Source of the DNA: Nitrosopumilus sp.
GTDB lineage: Archaea > Thermoproteota > Nitrososphaeria > Nitrososphaerales > Nitrosopumilaceae
NCBI GenBank assembly: GCA_965205675.1
Contig: OZ242186.1
Location: 544,001-608,000, forward strand
Length of the DNA stretch: 64,000 bases
Direction of reading: 5' to 3'
Shown here: piece after piece, positions 40,932 to 51,773 of the stretch
Numbering within the stretch: the first letter of the stretch is position 1
Layout: the number at the start of each line of letters is the position of its first letter
Program-made: the position numbers and the translations under genes
Notes under the pieces: generated by a model
Told to the model about the DNA's origin: nothing
The model's database searches: none
The model's input: only the letters and a program-made list of their open reading frames with translations

Positions 40932-41784
40932 TTTTACTACCCGGCGATGCTGCTGTAATTGTATTTTTTAATAACATTGCAACTGTCATGGGCCCAACTC
41001 CTCCTGGAACCGGAGTTGCAAAAGATGCTTTTTGAATTATTTTTTCATAATCTGAATCTCCTACTAATTTTTCTTGAAATCTTGAAATTGCAACGTCAAT
41101 CACAATTGCTCCTTCTTTGATCATTTCTGGGGATAGTGTGAATCTATTTCTGTCTCCAACTGCGGTAATCACAACATCTGCTTCTTGACATAGTTTAGTT
41201 AGGTTTTTGGTTTTAGAATGACATGTCATAACTGTTGCATTTTTTTCTAATAATAAATGATATAGTGGTTTTCCTACAAGATTACTTCTGTTAATTAGTA
41301 CAATATTCTTCCCTTCTAAATTGATATCATGGTAATCAAACATTTCCATTACTCCTGATGGTGTACATGCAACTAGATCTGCTTTTTTCATCGCAAGTAA
41401 TCCTGCATTATGCGGAGTTAAGCCATCCACATCTTTTAGTGATGATATTCTTGATGTTGTTGTAAATTCATCTAGTTGTTCTGGCAGTGGTAGTTGAATT
41501 AGAATCCCATGAACAGAATTATCTGCATTTAGCTCATCAATAATTTTTGTTAATTCTGGCTGTGTGATATTTGCATCAAGCTTGTAGTCTTTGGTGGCAA
41601 TATCTACTTCTTCACATGCTTTGTGTTTGTTTCTGACATATGTGGCAGATACTGGACTGTCTCCAACCAAAACTGTGGCTAGACAAGGCACTATTCCCTG
41701 ATTTTTTAACTCTTTGGTGGCTTTCTTGACTCTATCTTTGACTGATTGGGCGATAACTTTGCCATCAATTTTGACTCCTGTCAT
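40921..41784 (-). CDS. folD: Methylenetetrahydrofolate dehydrogenase/cyclohydrolase
   Basis: YVRNK, GILIQLPLP, KDVDG, RSNLVGKP, TPVPGGVGPMTVAML. Confidence 0.96.
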   Translation of the reverse strand: MTGVKIDGKVIAQSVKDRVKKATKELKNQGIVPCLATVLVGDSPVSATYVRNKHKACEEVDIATKDYKLDANITQPELTKIIDELNADNSVHGILIQLPLPEQLDEFTTTSRISSLKDVDGLTPHNAGLLAMKKADLVACTPSGVMEMFDYHDINLEGKNIVLINRSNLVGKPLYHLLLEKNATVMTCHSKTKNLTKLCQEADVVITAVGDRNRFTLSPEMIKEGAIVIDVAISRFQEKLVGDSDYEKIIQKASFATPVPGGVGPMTVAMLLKNTITAASPGSKIGQ

Positions 41785-41876
41785 GTCTTGTTTTTGATTT
41801 GTAGATATTTAATTCTTGGAATTATCCTTTGAAAATCTTAGAAAAGAAATTAAATGGTTATCTTTCTAGTCTTATC

Positions 41877-42161
41877 ATGTTTGTAATGATTGCAGATATT
41901 CAACTCAAAGAAGGCGTTGAAGAAGATTTCAAAAAATGGTTTGTAGAATCAAATAAATCCCTGTGTAATTTTCCTGGATTCATCTCTAGAAAATTCTTAA
42001 AATCCTCTGATGGTAACTACCGAATTCTTGTAGAGCATGAAAGTAAAGAGACATTTATTAAAATGCATCAAAGTCCAGAACATGAAAAAGTTCATCCAAT
42101 TGGACATTCTTTTATGAGTGCAGATCCTCAAAGAAAAACCTACACTGTAGCTGCTGAATAG
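41877..42161 (+). CDS. Antibiotic biosynthesis monooxygenase (ABM) domain protein
   Basis: G.EEDFKKWF..FPGFISR..SPEH pattern; likely start MFVMIAD. Confidence 0.75.
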   Translation: MFVMIADIQLKEGVEEDFKKWFVESNKSLCNFPGFISRKFLKSSDGNYRILVEHESKETFIKMHQSPEHEKVHPIGHSFMSADPQRKTYTVAAE

Positions 42162-42163
42162 AA

Positions 42164-42484
42164 TTGAAGCTAGAGTACGATCTGAATGCATACGTTGAAA
42201 AAATAAAAAATAAAACTTCTTATTTTCATACTTTTATCAATAAATCTAACCTAGCTGCAGGTATTTTAATTCTAAAACCAGGTGAAGAAGACATTCAATT
42301 TCCTCATGATAGTGATGAGGTATATTATATTATTTCTGGTAATGGCTATTTGAAAATAAAAGATAAAGACTATAAAGTTTCAAAAGACAAATTATTTTTT
42401 ATTGCAAAAGATGTTGAGCATTTCTTTCATGGTAATACTAAAGAGCTCAAAGTTTTGTATTTTTTTGGCGGTCCTGATTCTTAA
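42164..42484 (+). CDS. Cupin-domain protein
   Basis: PHDSDEVYYIISGNG..VEHFF. Confidence 0.85.
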   Translation: MKLEYDLNAYVEKIKNKTSYFHTFINKSNLAAGILILKPGEEDIQFPHDSDEVYYIISGNGYLKIKDKDYKVSKDKLFFIAKDVEHFFHGNTKELKVLYFFGGPDS

Positions 42485-43098
42485 CTAATTCTTGTTCTTC
42501 TTCCTGATATTTTGATTTTTTTTCTAGCAAATAGATTGACTGCTTCAGGATAAATTATGTGTTCTTCTTTTAGAATTTTTCTTGATAGTGATTTTTCTGT
42601 GTCTTTCTCATTAACTTTGACTATTGCTTGAATGATTACGGGTCCTGTATCCATTCCTGCATCCACAAAATGCACCGAACATCCTGAAACTTTGGCTCCA
42701 TAATCTAATGCTTGTTTTTGTGAGTTTAGTCCTGGAAATGCAGGCAACAAAGCTGGATGGATGTTGATTATTCTATTTTTGTATTTTTTTACAAATTCTG
42801 GACTAACAATTCTCATAAATCCTGCAAGACATACCAATCCGTTTTTTGGGGTAACTTTGTATTTTGTTAGAATGGCAATTATTTTTTTATCATATTCTGC
42901 TCTGCTTCCTTTGAATCCTTTACTCTCTACTACCTCTATATTTACTCCTAATTTTTTGGCAATTCTAAGACCTTTGGCATCTTGCTTGCTTGAGATTACC
43001 ACTGCTGGATTAATTGGGATCCTTTTTTTCTTAATTGCCTTTAAGATGGATTCCATGTTGCTCCCGCGACCTGAGATTAGAATTCCTAGATTTAGCAA
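42481..43098 (-). CDS. purN: Phosphoribosylglycinamide formyltransferase
   Basis: ISGRGSN, LAGFMRI, INIHPALLPAFPG, DTGPVI. Confidence 0.96.
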   Translation of the reverse strand: MLNLGILISGRGSNMESILKAIKKKRIPINPAVVISSKQDAKGLRIAKKLGVNIEVVESKGFKGSRAEYDKKIIAILTKYKVTPKNGLVCLAGFMRIVSPEFVKKYKNRIINIHPALLPAFPGLNSQKQALDYGAKVSGCSVHFVDAGMDTGPVIIQAIVKVNEKDTEKSLSRKILKEEHIIYPEAVNLFARKKIKISGRRTRIS

Positions 43099-43155
43099 CT
43101 AGTCAACACTAAATCAAACCTGTAATTTATATCAAATTCAAATAACTTTTTTTCG

Positions 43156-44139
43156 TTGTCTAGGAAAGTCAGGATGATTAAAAACGGAATTTTATGTGAG
43201 GCTGATGACAAACGAGTACACTTAGATCCAAAAAATGGTGATTCTTCTGGAATTAATTTTGTTTCTCATGCACATTCTGATCACCTCCCATCAAAAAATG
43301 GTGGAACTATTTTGTCTTCTATTGAAACAAATGAAATTGCTAGTTTACGTGGATTTCAAATGGAAAATCATGTGGATTCTTTAGATGATTTTTCTCTAAT
43401 TAACAGTGGTCATATCTTGGGAGCCAAGGGATTACTTTTTGATGATATCTTCTATACTGGGGATATTTGTACTAGAGATAGAGGATTTCTCAAAGGTGCA
43501 AAAATCCCAAAATGTAAAACTTTGATCACCGAATGTACATTTGGGTTGCCTGAATTTATATTTCCTAAACTTGAGGATACTTTGAAACAAGTCAATGAAC
43601 TAATTTCTGAACTTTATGGTAAGGGGATACCTGTTATTCTGATGGGATATCAATTAGGTAAGGCTCAAACAATAACTCAATTCTTTGGTCATTGGGGCCC
43701 ATTATATCTTCATGATTCTGTTAAAGACATGAATCTGCTACATCAAAAATTTGGTGTACCTTTACATGATGGTATTGGACATACAGAGGCTGAAAATAAC
43801 GGTTTACTAGATAAGAAACCTTGGATCATGGTTGCACCTATGTTATCTAGCAAAAACAAGTTTGTTCAAAATATGAAATCAAAATATGGCGCAGTTACAA
43901 TTGGATTCAGTGGATGGGCACAATCTACAAACTTTTCATTTGGACGACGTACTGATTATTCAATTCCTATGAGTGATCATTGTGATTACAATGAACTAAT
44001 TGATATGGTGATAAAATCTGGAGCAGAACAAGTCTACACTATACATGGTTTTGTAGATGAGTTTGCTGAAGATTTGAGACGACGAGGTATAAGTGCACAA
44101 CCATTACTTGAAAATTCTTTAGATGATTTTACTTGGTAA
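43156..44139 (+). CDS. Metallo-beta-lactamase/beta-CASP family nuclease
   Basis: SHAHSDH, GHILG, YTGD, ECTFG, SDHCD, HG. Confidence 0.85.
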   Translation: MSRKVRMIKNGILCEADDKRVHLDPKNGDSSGINFVSHAHSDHLPSKNGGTILSSIETNEIASLRGFQMENHVDSLDDFSLINSGHILGAKGLLFDDIFYTGDICTRDRGFLKGAKIPKCKTLITECTFGLPEFIFPKLEDTLKQVNELISELYGKGIPVILMGYQLGKAQTITQFFGHWGPLYLHDSVKDMNLLHQKFGVPLHDGIGHTEAENNGLLDKKPWIMVAPMLSSKNKFVQNMKSKYGAVTIGFSGWAQSTNFSFGRRTDYSIPMSDHCDYNELIDMVIKSGAEQVYTIHGFVDEFAEDLRRRGISAQPLLENSLDDFTW

Positions 44140-44365
44140 ATTCTAGACAATCACAATTTTCCATCAAGCAAGTTTCTGTGTTTCTGATGTGATCATGTGA
44201 AAAATGTTCACAATTTTCATTTTTACATATTCTCCTCTGAGTTTCTTTTTGAACTACTAATTGAGCTATCTGATTTGCTTTGTCTTTTGAATATTTCTTT
44301 TTATCAATATAGAAATGAACTATTCTGTTGTACAATGTCTCTGGATTGAATTGTTTTTCTAACAA
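44129..44365 (-). CDS. Hypothetical Cys/His-rich protein
   Basis: C..C.H..H..C..C.C tail. Confidence 0.65.
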   Translation of the reverse strand: MLEKQFNPETLYNRIVHFYIDKKKYSKDKANQIAQLVVQKETQRRICKNENCEHFSHDHIRNTETCLMENCDCLEFTK

Positions 44366-44570
44366 TACTGTCTTCTCCTATTACCTCTTCTAAAACTTGT
44401 TCCATCATGGCAGTCGCATTTACAAGATTCATCATTACAAAATCCATAATTGTTTTTTATCATATTCTAACTAGTCATTTATGATATTTGAAGGGCTCTT
44501 CTTTTTGAATAATCATTTGTTTAATTTACATCAAAAAATTAGATATCTTTTAATCACTGTTTGTGAGGAA

Positions 44571-45860
44571 TTATCTCAAAATTACGCCTATATCCATTAG
44601 ATTTGTGTGAGTGGCATTTGTAATGATATTTCCTTTTTGTTTTTGAAAGAATCTCCCTGAATCACTATTCTTAAGAAATTCTTTCATTATATTCAAATCT
44701 ATTTTGATATTTTCTGTAATTGCACCTGCAAATATTGAATTCCCATCAATTCCATCAGTTCCAATTGAAGCAATAGTCATTTTTTTCAATTTTTGAGTAT
44801 TTTTTAGTAATCTTAAAACTAACTCTTGATTTCTACCTCCCATCCCTTTTCCTAGAACTTTGACTGTGGTTTCTCCTCCAAAAATTATACATGTTTTTTC
44901 ATCTTTAGAAATTTTTTCAAGGATTTTACTTACTACTTCTTTGATATCTCCAAAAAGATGCATGGTACTTACAGTATATCCAATCTTCTTAGCTTTTTCT
45001 TGCATAGCTTGTAGGCAGTCATTATTATTTGCAATTACAAAATTTTCAATTTTTGATTTTTTTACCGTTTCTGTAATCTCATTTTTTCTATTCTCTAAAA
45101 GATCTAAAACTTCTTGTGGCATCTTCCAACGAATTTTATATTTGTCTATAATTTCTAAAGCATCTAAATATGTAGTATCATCTATGTATGTAGTTCCTGA
45201 TGCAATGGATGAAAGATCATCTCCTTCCACATCTGACATCACCAAACTTACTCCTTCACACTTCATATTTTCTACTAGTTTTCCTCCTTTGATTTTTGAG
45301 AGATGTTTTCGTATGCAGTTAAATTCTTGAATTGTAGCTCCTGACTTGAGCAATACATCTGTCACATGAACTTTATCTTCTAATGTGATGTCATCAGGCA
45401 TTGCAAGTAATGATGATCCACCTCCCGATACTAGAAAAATTATCAATTCGTCATTTCGTTTATTTTGAACAAATTTCATAACTTCTTTTGCTGCCTTTAC
45501 ACTGGTTTTGTCGGGTCTGGGATGTTTGGAATTGAAAATTTGGAATTTTTTACCTTTGATTATGGATTTTGAGCCTTTGGGTATGACTATGATTCCACTT
45601 TTGATTGGAATAATTGCATTTAGTGTTCTAGTCATGGAATCTCCTGCTTTTCCAAAAGCAACTGTATAGATGCTTGAAAATTTTGAAATATCTAAGGTTT
45701 TATCATTGATTTTGATTTCATTAGGTGTCACAAATTTTGGAATAATATTTTCAGGATTTGCAGCTTGCAATCCTGCCTCTAAAATTTCTAAGCACTCTTT
45801 TTTCTTATCTGTGGTTGCTAAATCCTTAAAATTTTGTATAATCATACTGTCCTTCAACAA
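44571..45860 (-). CDS. Glycerate 2-kinase (MOFRL family)
   Basis: GKA, SGGGSSL, RKHLS.IKGG, GGETTV, GGRNQE, TDGIDG, TNLMD. Confidence 0.92.
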   Translation of the reverse strand: MLKDSMIIQNFKDLATTDKKKECLEILEAGLQAANPENIIPKFVTPNEIKINDKTLDISKFSSIYTVAFGKAGDSMTRTLNAIIPIKSGIIVIPKGSKSIIKGKKFQIFNSKHPRPDKTSVKAAKEVMKFVQNKRNDELIIFLVSGGGSSLLAMPDDITLEDKVHVTDVLLKSGATIQEFNCIRKHLSKIKGGKLVENMKCEGVSLVMSDVEGDDLSSIASGTTYIDDTTYLDALEIIDKYKIRWKMPQEVLDLLENRKNEITETVKKSKIENFVIANNNDCLQAMQEKAKKIGYTVSTMHLFGDIKEVVSKILEKISKDEKTCIIFGGETTVKVLGKGMGGRNQELVLRLLKNTQKLKKMTIASIGTDGIDGNSIFAGAITENIKIDLNIMKEFLKNSDSGRFFQKQKGNIITNATHTNLMDIGVILR

Positions 45861-45914
45861 TGCAAGATATAATAATAATCATGGTCAAAACATGTAATTT
45901 TATATCTCTAATGC

Positions 45915-47009
45915 GTGTCAATATTGATGAGAAAATCCAGGGATGATTTTTTTGAACATATTGATAACAAGGATATTAAAACAATACGTGCATATAATAT
46001 TAGAATAAATGACTTTGAAAATTATTGTTTAGAAAAATATGGAAAAAAGGATATTTTAGATGATTTTCTAGAAAAAGATGATCAGATAGATCTTTTTCAG
46101 AAATGGGTAAATTACAATACAAAAAAGCGAGCTCCTTCAGCAGTTTGGAATTTTGCATCTTCTCTTAGAAAATATACCTATTATAGAGGATGGAAACTAG
46201 CTCGTGGAGATCTTAGCGATCTAATTGAACTTCCTACCAAACCTGAGAAAGAACTGTATGGTTTGACTATCAAAAATATCCACGATATTTTTAGTCAATT
46301 ATCCTTTTCAGATAAATTACTTCATTGTTTTGATGCTGTATCTGGAACAAGGATTGGTGAATCAATGCAGCTTAGAAAAAAACATTTTTTGTTAGATTAT
46401 GATAGAATTGTAGTACGGATTCCGTCACATATTGCAAAATTCAAAAGAGCTAGAACTTCTTTTGTAACAAAAGAGATAGGAACAATACTGTATCCAAAAT
46501 TACGTAGTTTATCTGATGATGATCTAGTGTTTGGTACTAGGCAATTTCATGTTCAAGATAGTCGTGAAACCATAGCTGATGCTGTGCATGTTTCTACAAG
46601 TGTTAAAGAAGACAATCTTAGACGAAAGTTAGAACCTGTAGGTCTTGATATGAGACATGAAGATACAGGAAGGTATTGGATTAATACACATTCATTTAGA
46701 GTCTGGTTCATTACCCAAATGTCCAGACATGATCCTAATCTTGCAAAATTGTTTGCTGGTGAAAAGGGGTACTTGTTACAATACGATAGATTATCCCTTG
46801 AAGAAAAATTAGAAAATTATATAGAGTATGAACCTTCATTATACATTTTTGATCAAACAAAGAATTTAGAAAAAATCCGCAAATTAAAAGATGCAAATAC
46901 AAAACTATCTGATCAGGCAGAAGAAATCAAAGAACTTGCAAAAAGAATAAGACTAGTTGAAGAGGATAAAACAAGACAAGATATTCCAACTTGGAAGAAA
47001 CAGTTTTAA
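45915..47009 (+). CDS. Tyrosine recombinase/integrase
   Basis: SGTRIGE (R), AKFKRAR (K), HSFR (HxxR), downstream Tyr (GYLLQY), C-terminal coiled coil. Confidence 0.88.
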   Translation: MSILMRKSRDDFFEHIDNKDIKTIRAYNIRINDFENYCLEKYGKKDILDDFLEKDDQIDLFQKWVNYNTKKRAPSAVWNFASSLRKYTYYRGWKLARGDLSDLIELPTKPEKELYGLTIKNIHDIFSQLSFSDKLLHCFDAVSGTRIGESMQLRKKHFLLDYDRIVVRIPSHIAKFKRARTSFVTKEIGTILYPKLRSLSDDDLVFGTRQFHVQDSRETIADAVHVSTSVKEDNLRRKLEPVGLDMRHEDTGRYWINTHSFRVWFITQMSRHDPNLAKLFAGEKGYLLQYDRLSLEEKLENYIEYEPSLYIFDQTKNLEKIRKLKDANTKLSDQAEEIKELAKRIRLVEEDKTRQDIPTWKKQF

Positions 47010-47248
47010 TTAATTTTATCAAAAATATTCTCAATAACATCAACTATTATCTTCAAAAGAAAAATGAGCAGTTTTCAGATAATGAAGTTTCAAGATTGAT
47101 TGGTATAGTGAAAGGCGATATTACAAAATAGATTCTAAATTCTTGAAAATTTGTCTGTTAATTTGGTAATGAAGTATGTATTATCCAGACTGTGCAACGA
47201 GTCCAAACAAGTAAGATTTTAACTGGTCTAAATATCTGTCTAGATACT

Positions 47249-47305
47249 TTGAAGGTATCAAAAAAAGTAGTTGGAGTCGAATATGCTATTAGGGATATTG
47301 TTCTA
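47249..47305 (+). pseudogene. 5' stub of a class I/II (alanine-type) aminotransferase cut by IS630
   Basis: TTG-start MKVSKKVVGVEYAIRDIVL, ending at a TA next to the IS end. Confidence 0.65.
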
Positions 47306-47663
47306 TAGCGACGATCAAAAGTTCGTGAACATTTTTGCGGGATTTCTAAAGATATAATTTGCAACATCAAGCTTGAACTTTGTTACTCTAAAATATTTTG
47401 ACACTGCATCATTCATCATTGCAAACATTGCATAATATTCTGAAACCAACAACGCATACTTGCTTATCTTCCAGCATTGTTCTATCATGTTCAAGTACGG
47501 TGATCCTTTTGGTAGCCATATTAGTTTGACATCTCTATTGTTTGCAAGATATTCTTTTACTTTTTTTGATTTGTGAACTGATGCTCGGTCTAGCATGATT
47601 GCAATCTTGCCATATTTCCAGTGTAACTCTTTTAGATATTCTACAAATGTTACAGCATTGAAT
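47306..47663 (-). mobile_element. IS630-family transposase 3' remnant
   Basis: FNAVTFVEYL..IAIMLDRASVHKS..LPKGSPYLNMIEQCW; abuts a TA dinucleotide; cut by IS3. Confidence 0.88.
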
Positions 47664-47838
47664 TGGTCTGGACCCCTCTAGAGTAGGACCGGTAGCATAC
47701 ATACACTTTTCAGATAACTTGGGAGGCTTACCCTCATGGTAAAGAGCAAGTTCACATCAGCAGAAAAGTCAAGAGTGGTTTTAGAGTCACTAAACACAAA
47801 CATTGCAACTGCAGAGTTGTGCAGAAAGTACAATATTC

Positions 47839-49249
47839 GTAACTGTCTAGAGTTTTGAAGTACTTTCTTTAATATTTTTTATCTATATCTTTTCTGATCA
47901 GTGACAAATTACAATATACAATTGTCAGTATATGATGAGCTGGAATATTATCGTAACAGATGTCACTCGCTGGAGCAAGAAAACCGTCAGTTACGCAAAG
48001 ATATTGAATCACTACACAGAGAAATTGCAGAACTAAAACAAACAGTGTCTACACTTGTTGCAAGAAATATCAAAGCAAAACCAAACAAGACTGAAACTGC
48101 AAAAAAGAAGAAAACATCAAGACATCCTAGAAAAAGCAGAAGCAGACGGGCACACATTGATGATGCCATTACAGTTGACCAAAAAGAGTGCAACACATGT
48201 GGCAAATCACTCTCAGAACCAACTGATTCATACACCAGAATAGTAGAAGACATCATTCCTGCAAAAGCAGTTGTGACAAAATATACGATAGTTAGACGAT
48301 ACTGCACAAACTGCAAAAAACAAATCTCGGGTAACATTCACACTGTACTGTCAAATGAAAGGTTTGGAATTAGGCTCATGGTGCTAATCACATCACTAAA
48401 AACTATCGGATTATCGTATGGTAAAATATCTCATCTTTTGCAGATGCTCTTCTCACTGCACATTACAGAATCTGCAATTAATCATGCAGTATCAATAGTA
48501 TCAAAAGCATTTGGGAGCAGATATGATACAATGATTGTGGAGTTAAAAGAAGATCTAAACATACATGGTGATGAGACAAGTTGGAGGGTAGATGGCCAGA
48601 ACCACTGGTTGTGGGCATTTGTGAGTAAATGGACTGTAATTTACGAGATTGACAAATCACGTTCAATGGATGTTCCCAAGAGAATTCTCAAGGGATATGA
48701 TGGCAACATTACAAGTGATTCGTACCCTGCATGGAACCATGTTGGAAGCACTCACCAGAAATGTCACATCCATTATCTCAGAGAGGTTAATGATACCATT
48801 AATCACAAGAATCCCGGACCAGAATTTGCACCATTTGCCAAGAATCTCAAGAAAATAATTTATGATTCTCATGGTGTGGCAAAAATAAAATCAGAATCAG
48901 AAAGAATCCATGCAAAAAAGAATCTTGAAAGGAGAATTAATCACATCATATCAAAAAAATACACAGAGAAAAACTGTATCAGGTTTGTAAAAAGATTGAA
49001 ACGTGAGAGAAAAATGCTTTTTACATTCCTAATTACTGGAACTGATTCACACAATAACACAGCAGAGAGGGCAATCAGACCAAATGTGATAATTCGTAAA
49101 ATTACAAACGGTCATAGAACCATTCATGGTGCTGATTCTCATAAGATACTGATGAGTATAAAGGAGACATGCAGATTACGAGGATTAAACTTTCATGATT
49201 ATTCTTTAGAATATCTTGGAGATTTTACTTCAAAACTCTAGACAGTTAC
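47839..49249 (+). mobile_element. Complete single-ORF IS66-family element (ISBst12-like), 1411 bp
   Basis: Perfect 24-bp TIR GTAACTGTCTAGAGTTTTGAAGTA; 8-bp TSD CAATATTC at 47831-47838 and 49250-49257. Confidence 0.96.
47901..49241 (+). CDS. IS66-family transposase
   Basis: Coiled coil, CNTCG..CTNC, HGDETSW, TSDSY, QKCHIHYLRE, HNNTAERAIRP. Confidence 0.95.
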   Translation: MTNYNIQLSVYDELEYYRNRCHSLEQENRQLRKDIESLHREIAELKQTVSTLVARNIKAKPNKTETAKKKKTSRHPRKSRSRRAHIDDAITVDQKECNTCGKSLSEPTDSYTRIVEDIIPAKAVVTKYTIVRRYCTNCKKQISGNIHTVLSNERFGIRLMVLITSLKTIGLSYGKISHLLQMLFSLHITESAINHAVSIVSKAFGSRYDTMIVELKEDLNIHGDETSWRVDGQNHWLWAFVSKWTVIYEIDKSRSMDVPKRILKGYDGNITSDSYPAWNHVGSTHQKCHIHYLREVNDTINHKNPGPEFAPFAKNLKKIIYDSHGVAKIKSESERIHAKKNLERRINHIISKKYTEKNCIRFVKRLKRERKMLFTFLITGTDSHNNTAERAIRPNVIIRKITNGHRTIHGADSHKILMSIKETCRLRGLNFHDYSLEYLGDFTSKL

Positions 49250-50526
49250 CAATATTCATCCACAGACATTCTGCCAATGGAGGGAACGATTTGTAGAAGG
49301 TGGCAAGGCATCATTAAATGGCACACCAAACGGAGATGTCTGCAAGAATCTGCAAAAGGAAAATGATTCCCTCAAAAAACTAATCGGCGAGATCACAATT
49401 GCCAATGACATTTTAAAAAAAACGTTGGAGAACCAGAAAAGATGACTGCAGTGAATCAACTGAACAAACACATCAGTTTGAACAAGTCATTGTTATTAAT
49501 TGGAGTCTCAAAATGCAAATGGTATTACTCAAAGTCACCAAGAAGGATTCAGACAGATCCTGCAGTAACTGATGTAGTTCAAAAGATTGGAAAACAAAGG
49601 CCAACTTATGGAACCAGACGCATGGCATCCCAAGTCTCAAGAGAACTTGGATTGTCTGTAAATAGAAAGCAAATTCACAGAATTTTCCACAAACTAGGCT
49701 GGATTGAGCCTAAAAAGACCAAAAACGATATCATAAAATCTGCCAGAGAGCTCTTCAAAGCATCCAATCCAAATCAGTTGTGACCGACATTACATATGTC
49801 TGGTGCGGAGTAGATGGCTGGTGCTACTGCTTTAACGTGATTGATGCATTTAGCAGAAAATGGATTTGGCATTCATTTGATGTGGCAGCTCCCAAAAATA
49901 CTGCATTTGACAATGTGGTTAATGCAGTAGCTACTGCAAAGCCTGACTGTTCCAAACTGATTCTCAGAACTGACAACGGTTCGCAATACAACAGCCGAGA
50001 TTTCAGAAAAGCAGTTGTTCTACTTGGAATAAGACACGAATTCATCTGGGCACCACACACCAGAACAAAACGGCCATGTCGAATCATTCCATAAAACGCT
50101 CAAGAAGGAATATGTCTGGCCACACGAGTTTGCAAACTATCAGGAAGCTGAAGTTGCTCTAGAAAAAGCACGAATAAATTACAATGGTTCCAGGACTCAT
50201 TCTGCATTGGGATATCTTACACCTGATGAGTTTATGGAGTTGTGGGAGATGAAAACATGAATGAATCAGACTGTATGTAAGATTATGCAAAAAGTGGTAC
50301 TAAAAACAGGGGTCCACTCCAACAATGTTCAAAGAAACATGAAGATTGTAGGATACCACATACGAGAAGATGGTTCAATACAAGAGATCATAGCGCCAGA
50401 CCATGGTAGAACTTTCCGTTAGATCCTCTGAAGAGAAGATAGAGATTAGGCGTAAAAGTCACAAATCCGTTAAATAAAAAATGTGAAACCCCGAGATTAA
50501 ATAGGGGTTTACATGCCTGATTTCCA

Positions 50527-51585
50527 ATGATGAAAAATAACAAAATAATGACTTTAAGAAACGCAAAGACTATTTTGTTTGCAGGAATAATTGGTATGAT
50601 GATTCTGCCATTTAGTACGATTGATTTTGCAGATGCTCAGAATGTCCCAGGAGAGGAAGATTTTACAGATGAGATTGGACCAGTTGGAAAAGTAAATGAA
50701 ATACATCCTAGATCATGGGCAAATACTACAGAAATGATAGAAAACCATGAAAACTATGTGCGATTTATGACACATGAAATGCAGGATAACTTCTTTAACA
50801 ATGAACAAAAAGAAGCCAGTATTATTGCATATAATATTGAGACAGAGATCGGTAAAGATGTTAACGCATATGAACTTGTTTCATTAAATGCAAAACTGCA
50901 AATCATAAATGATACATACAATCCAACAGAATCTGAACGAAAACTACATGAATGGATATTTGTATTGTATGATCTTCCAGAAAAAAAATCAGAAATTAAA
51001 CAAAGAATAGTGTTCATAACAAACAACGCTGATTCAAAAACTGTAAATGAATTGATGTCGGCCATAAACAGATTAATCAATATTGGCGCAGTTACTTATG
51101 AAATATCAGATATGGATCCTGATTACTGGTTTGGACTTGGTGCAAAAGCCACCTGTGAACATGATCCAAACTGCGATATGTCAATATTACAAGGATTTAA
51201 TGAATGGGAGGAACCTCAATTAGTTCCCGTAACAAACTATGGGTTTCATTGGGGATATATTTCAGTCGATTATAGATCATGCCAAGGAGATATGGATCAA
51301 TGTAGAAAATCTCATCACCAATCTGGTACAGGTATTATCTCTGAAAATTTTAATAGTCCTGAACATGTAATTAGTAGAAATATTCACTTGTACATGAATG
51401 CATCTGGAATGTCCGACTCAATTGCAGTTGTAACTGGCCAAGTAATAGAACCATTAGAAGGAAATCCACTTACTGGTTATGATACAGATAGCTATGTTAT
51501 AAAACAGGGATATGTTTCTAATCCAAATGCACGCGCCGCAACATATATCGAGGTAGGTTTTACAAGTTATGCTTACACTCGTTAA
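50527..51585 (+). CDS. Hypothetical secreted protein
   Basis: Signal-like KTILFAGIIGMMILPFS..ADA|Q; 352 aa. Confidence 0.75.
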   Translation: MMKNNKIMTLRNAKTILFAGIIGMMILPFSTIDFADAQNVPGEEDFTDEIGPVGKVNEIHPRSWANTTEMIENHENYVRFMTHEMQDNFFNNEQKEASIIAYNIETEIGKDVNAYELVSLNAKLQIINDTYNPTESERKLHEWIFVLYDLPEKKSEIKQRIVFITNNADSKTVNELMSAINRLINIGAVTYEISDMDPDYWFGLGAKATCEHDPNCDMSILQGFNEWEEPQLVPVTNYGFHWGYISVDYRSCQGDMDQCRKSHHQSGTGIISENFNSPEHVISRNIHLYMNASGMSDSIAVVTGQVIEPLEGNPLTGYDTDSYVIKQGYVSNPNARAATYIEVGFTSYAYTR

Positions 51586-51773
51586 TTTTTTTATTAAAAT
51601 GAGATTTATACTAGACACTGAAAAATATACTGTCAACTTATCCTAAAATCCTACAATACATCAAAAACGATGCAATGTTGAGTTATCCAAAATAGTTTCA
51701 GATAAATCAGTACTTGGGAAAGTAACTCAATTGTGTGTGTTTAGGTCGTGCCTAGATATATCGAATAGTATCT

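Larger units (their letters stand above)
47664..50321 (+). mobile_element. IS3-family element, second copy; interrupted by IS66 and frameshifted in orfB
   Basis: Homologous to 25132-26373; ends TGGTCTGGACCCC...GGGGTCCACTCCA. Confidence 0.93.

Noticed and set aside
25132-50321. Simple inversion or composite transposon between the two inverted IS3 copies
   Set aside because: Neither outer nor swapped flanks give a convincing TSD, and rejoined sequences do not restore IS110 or IS630 frames
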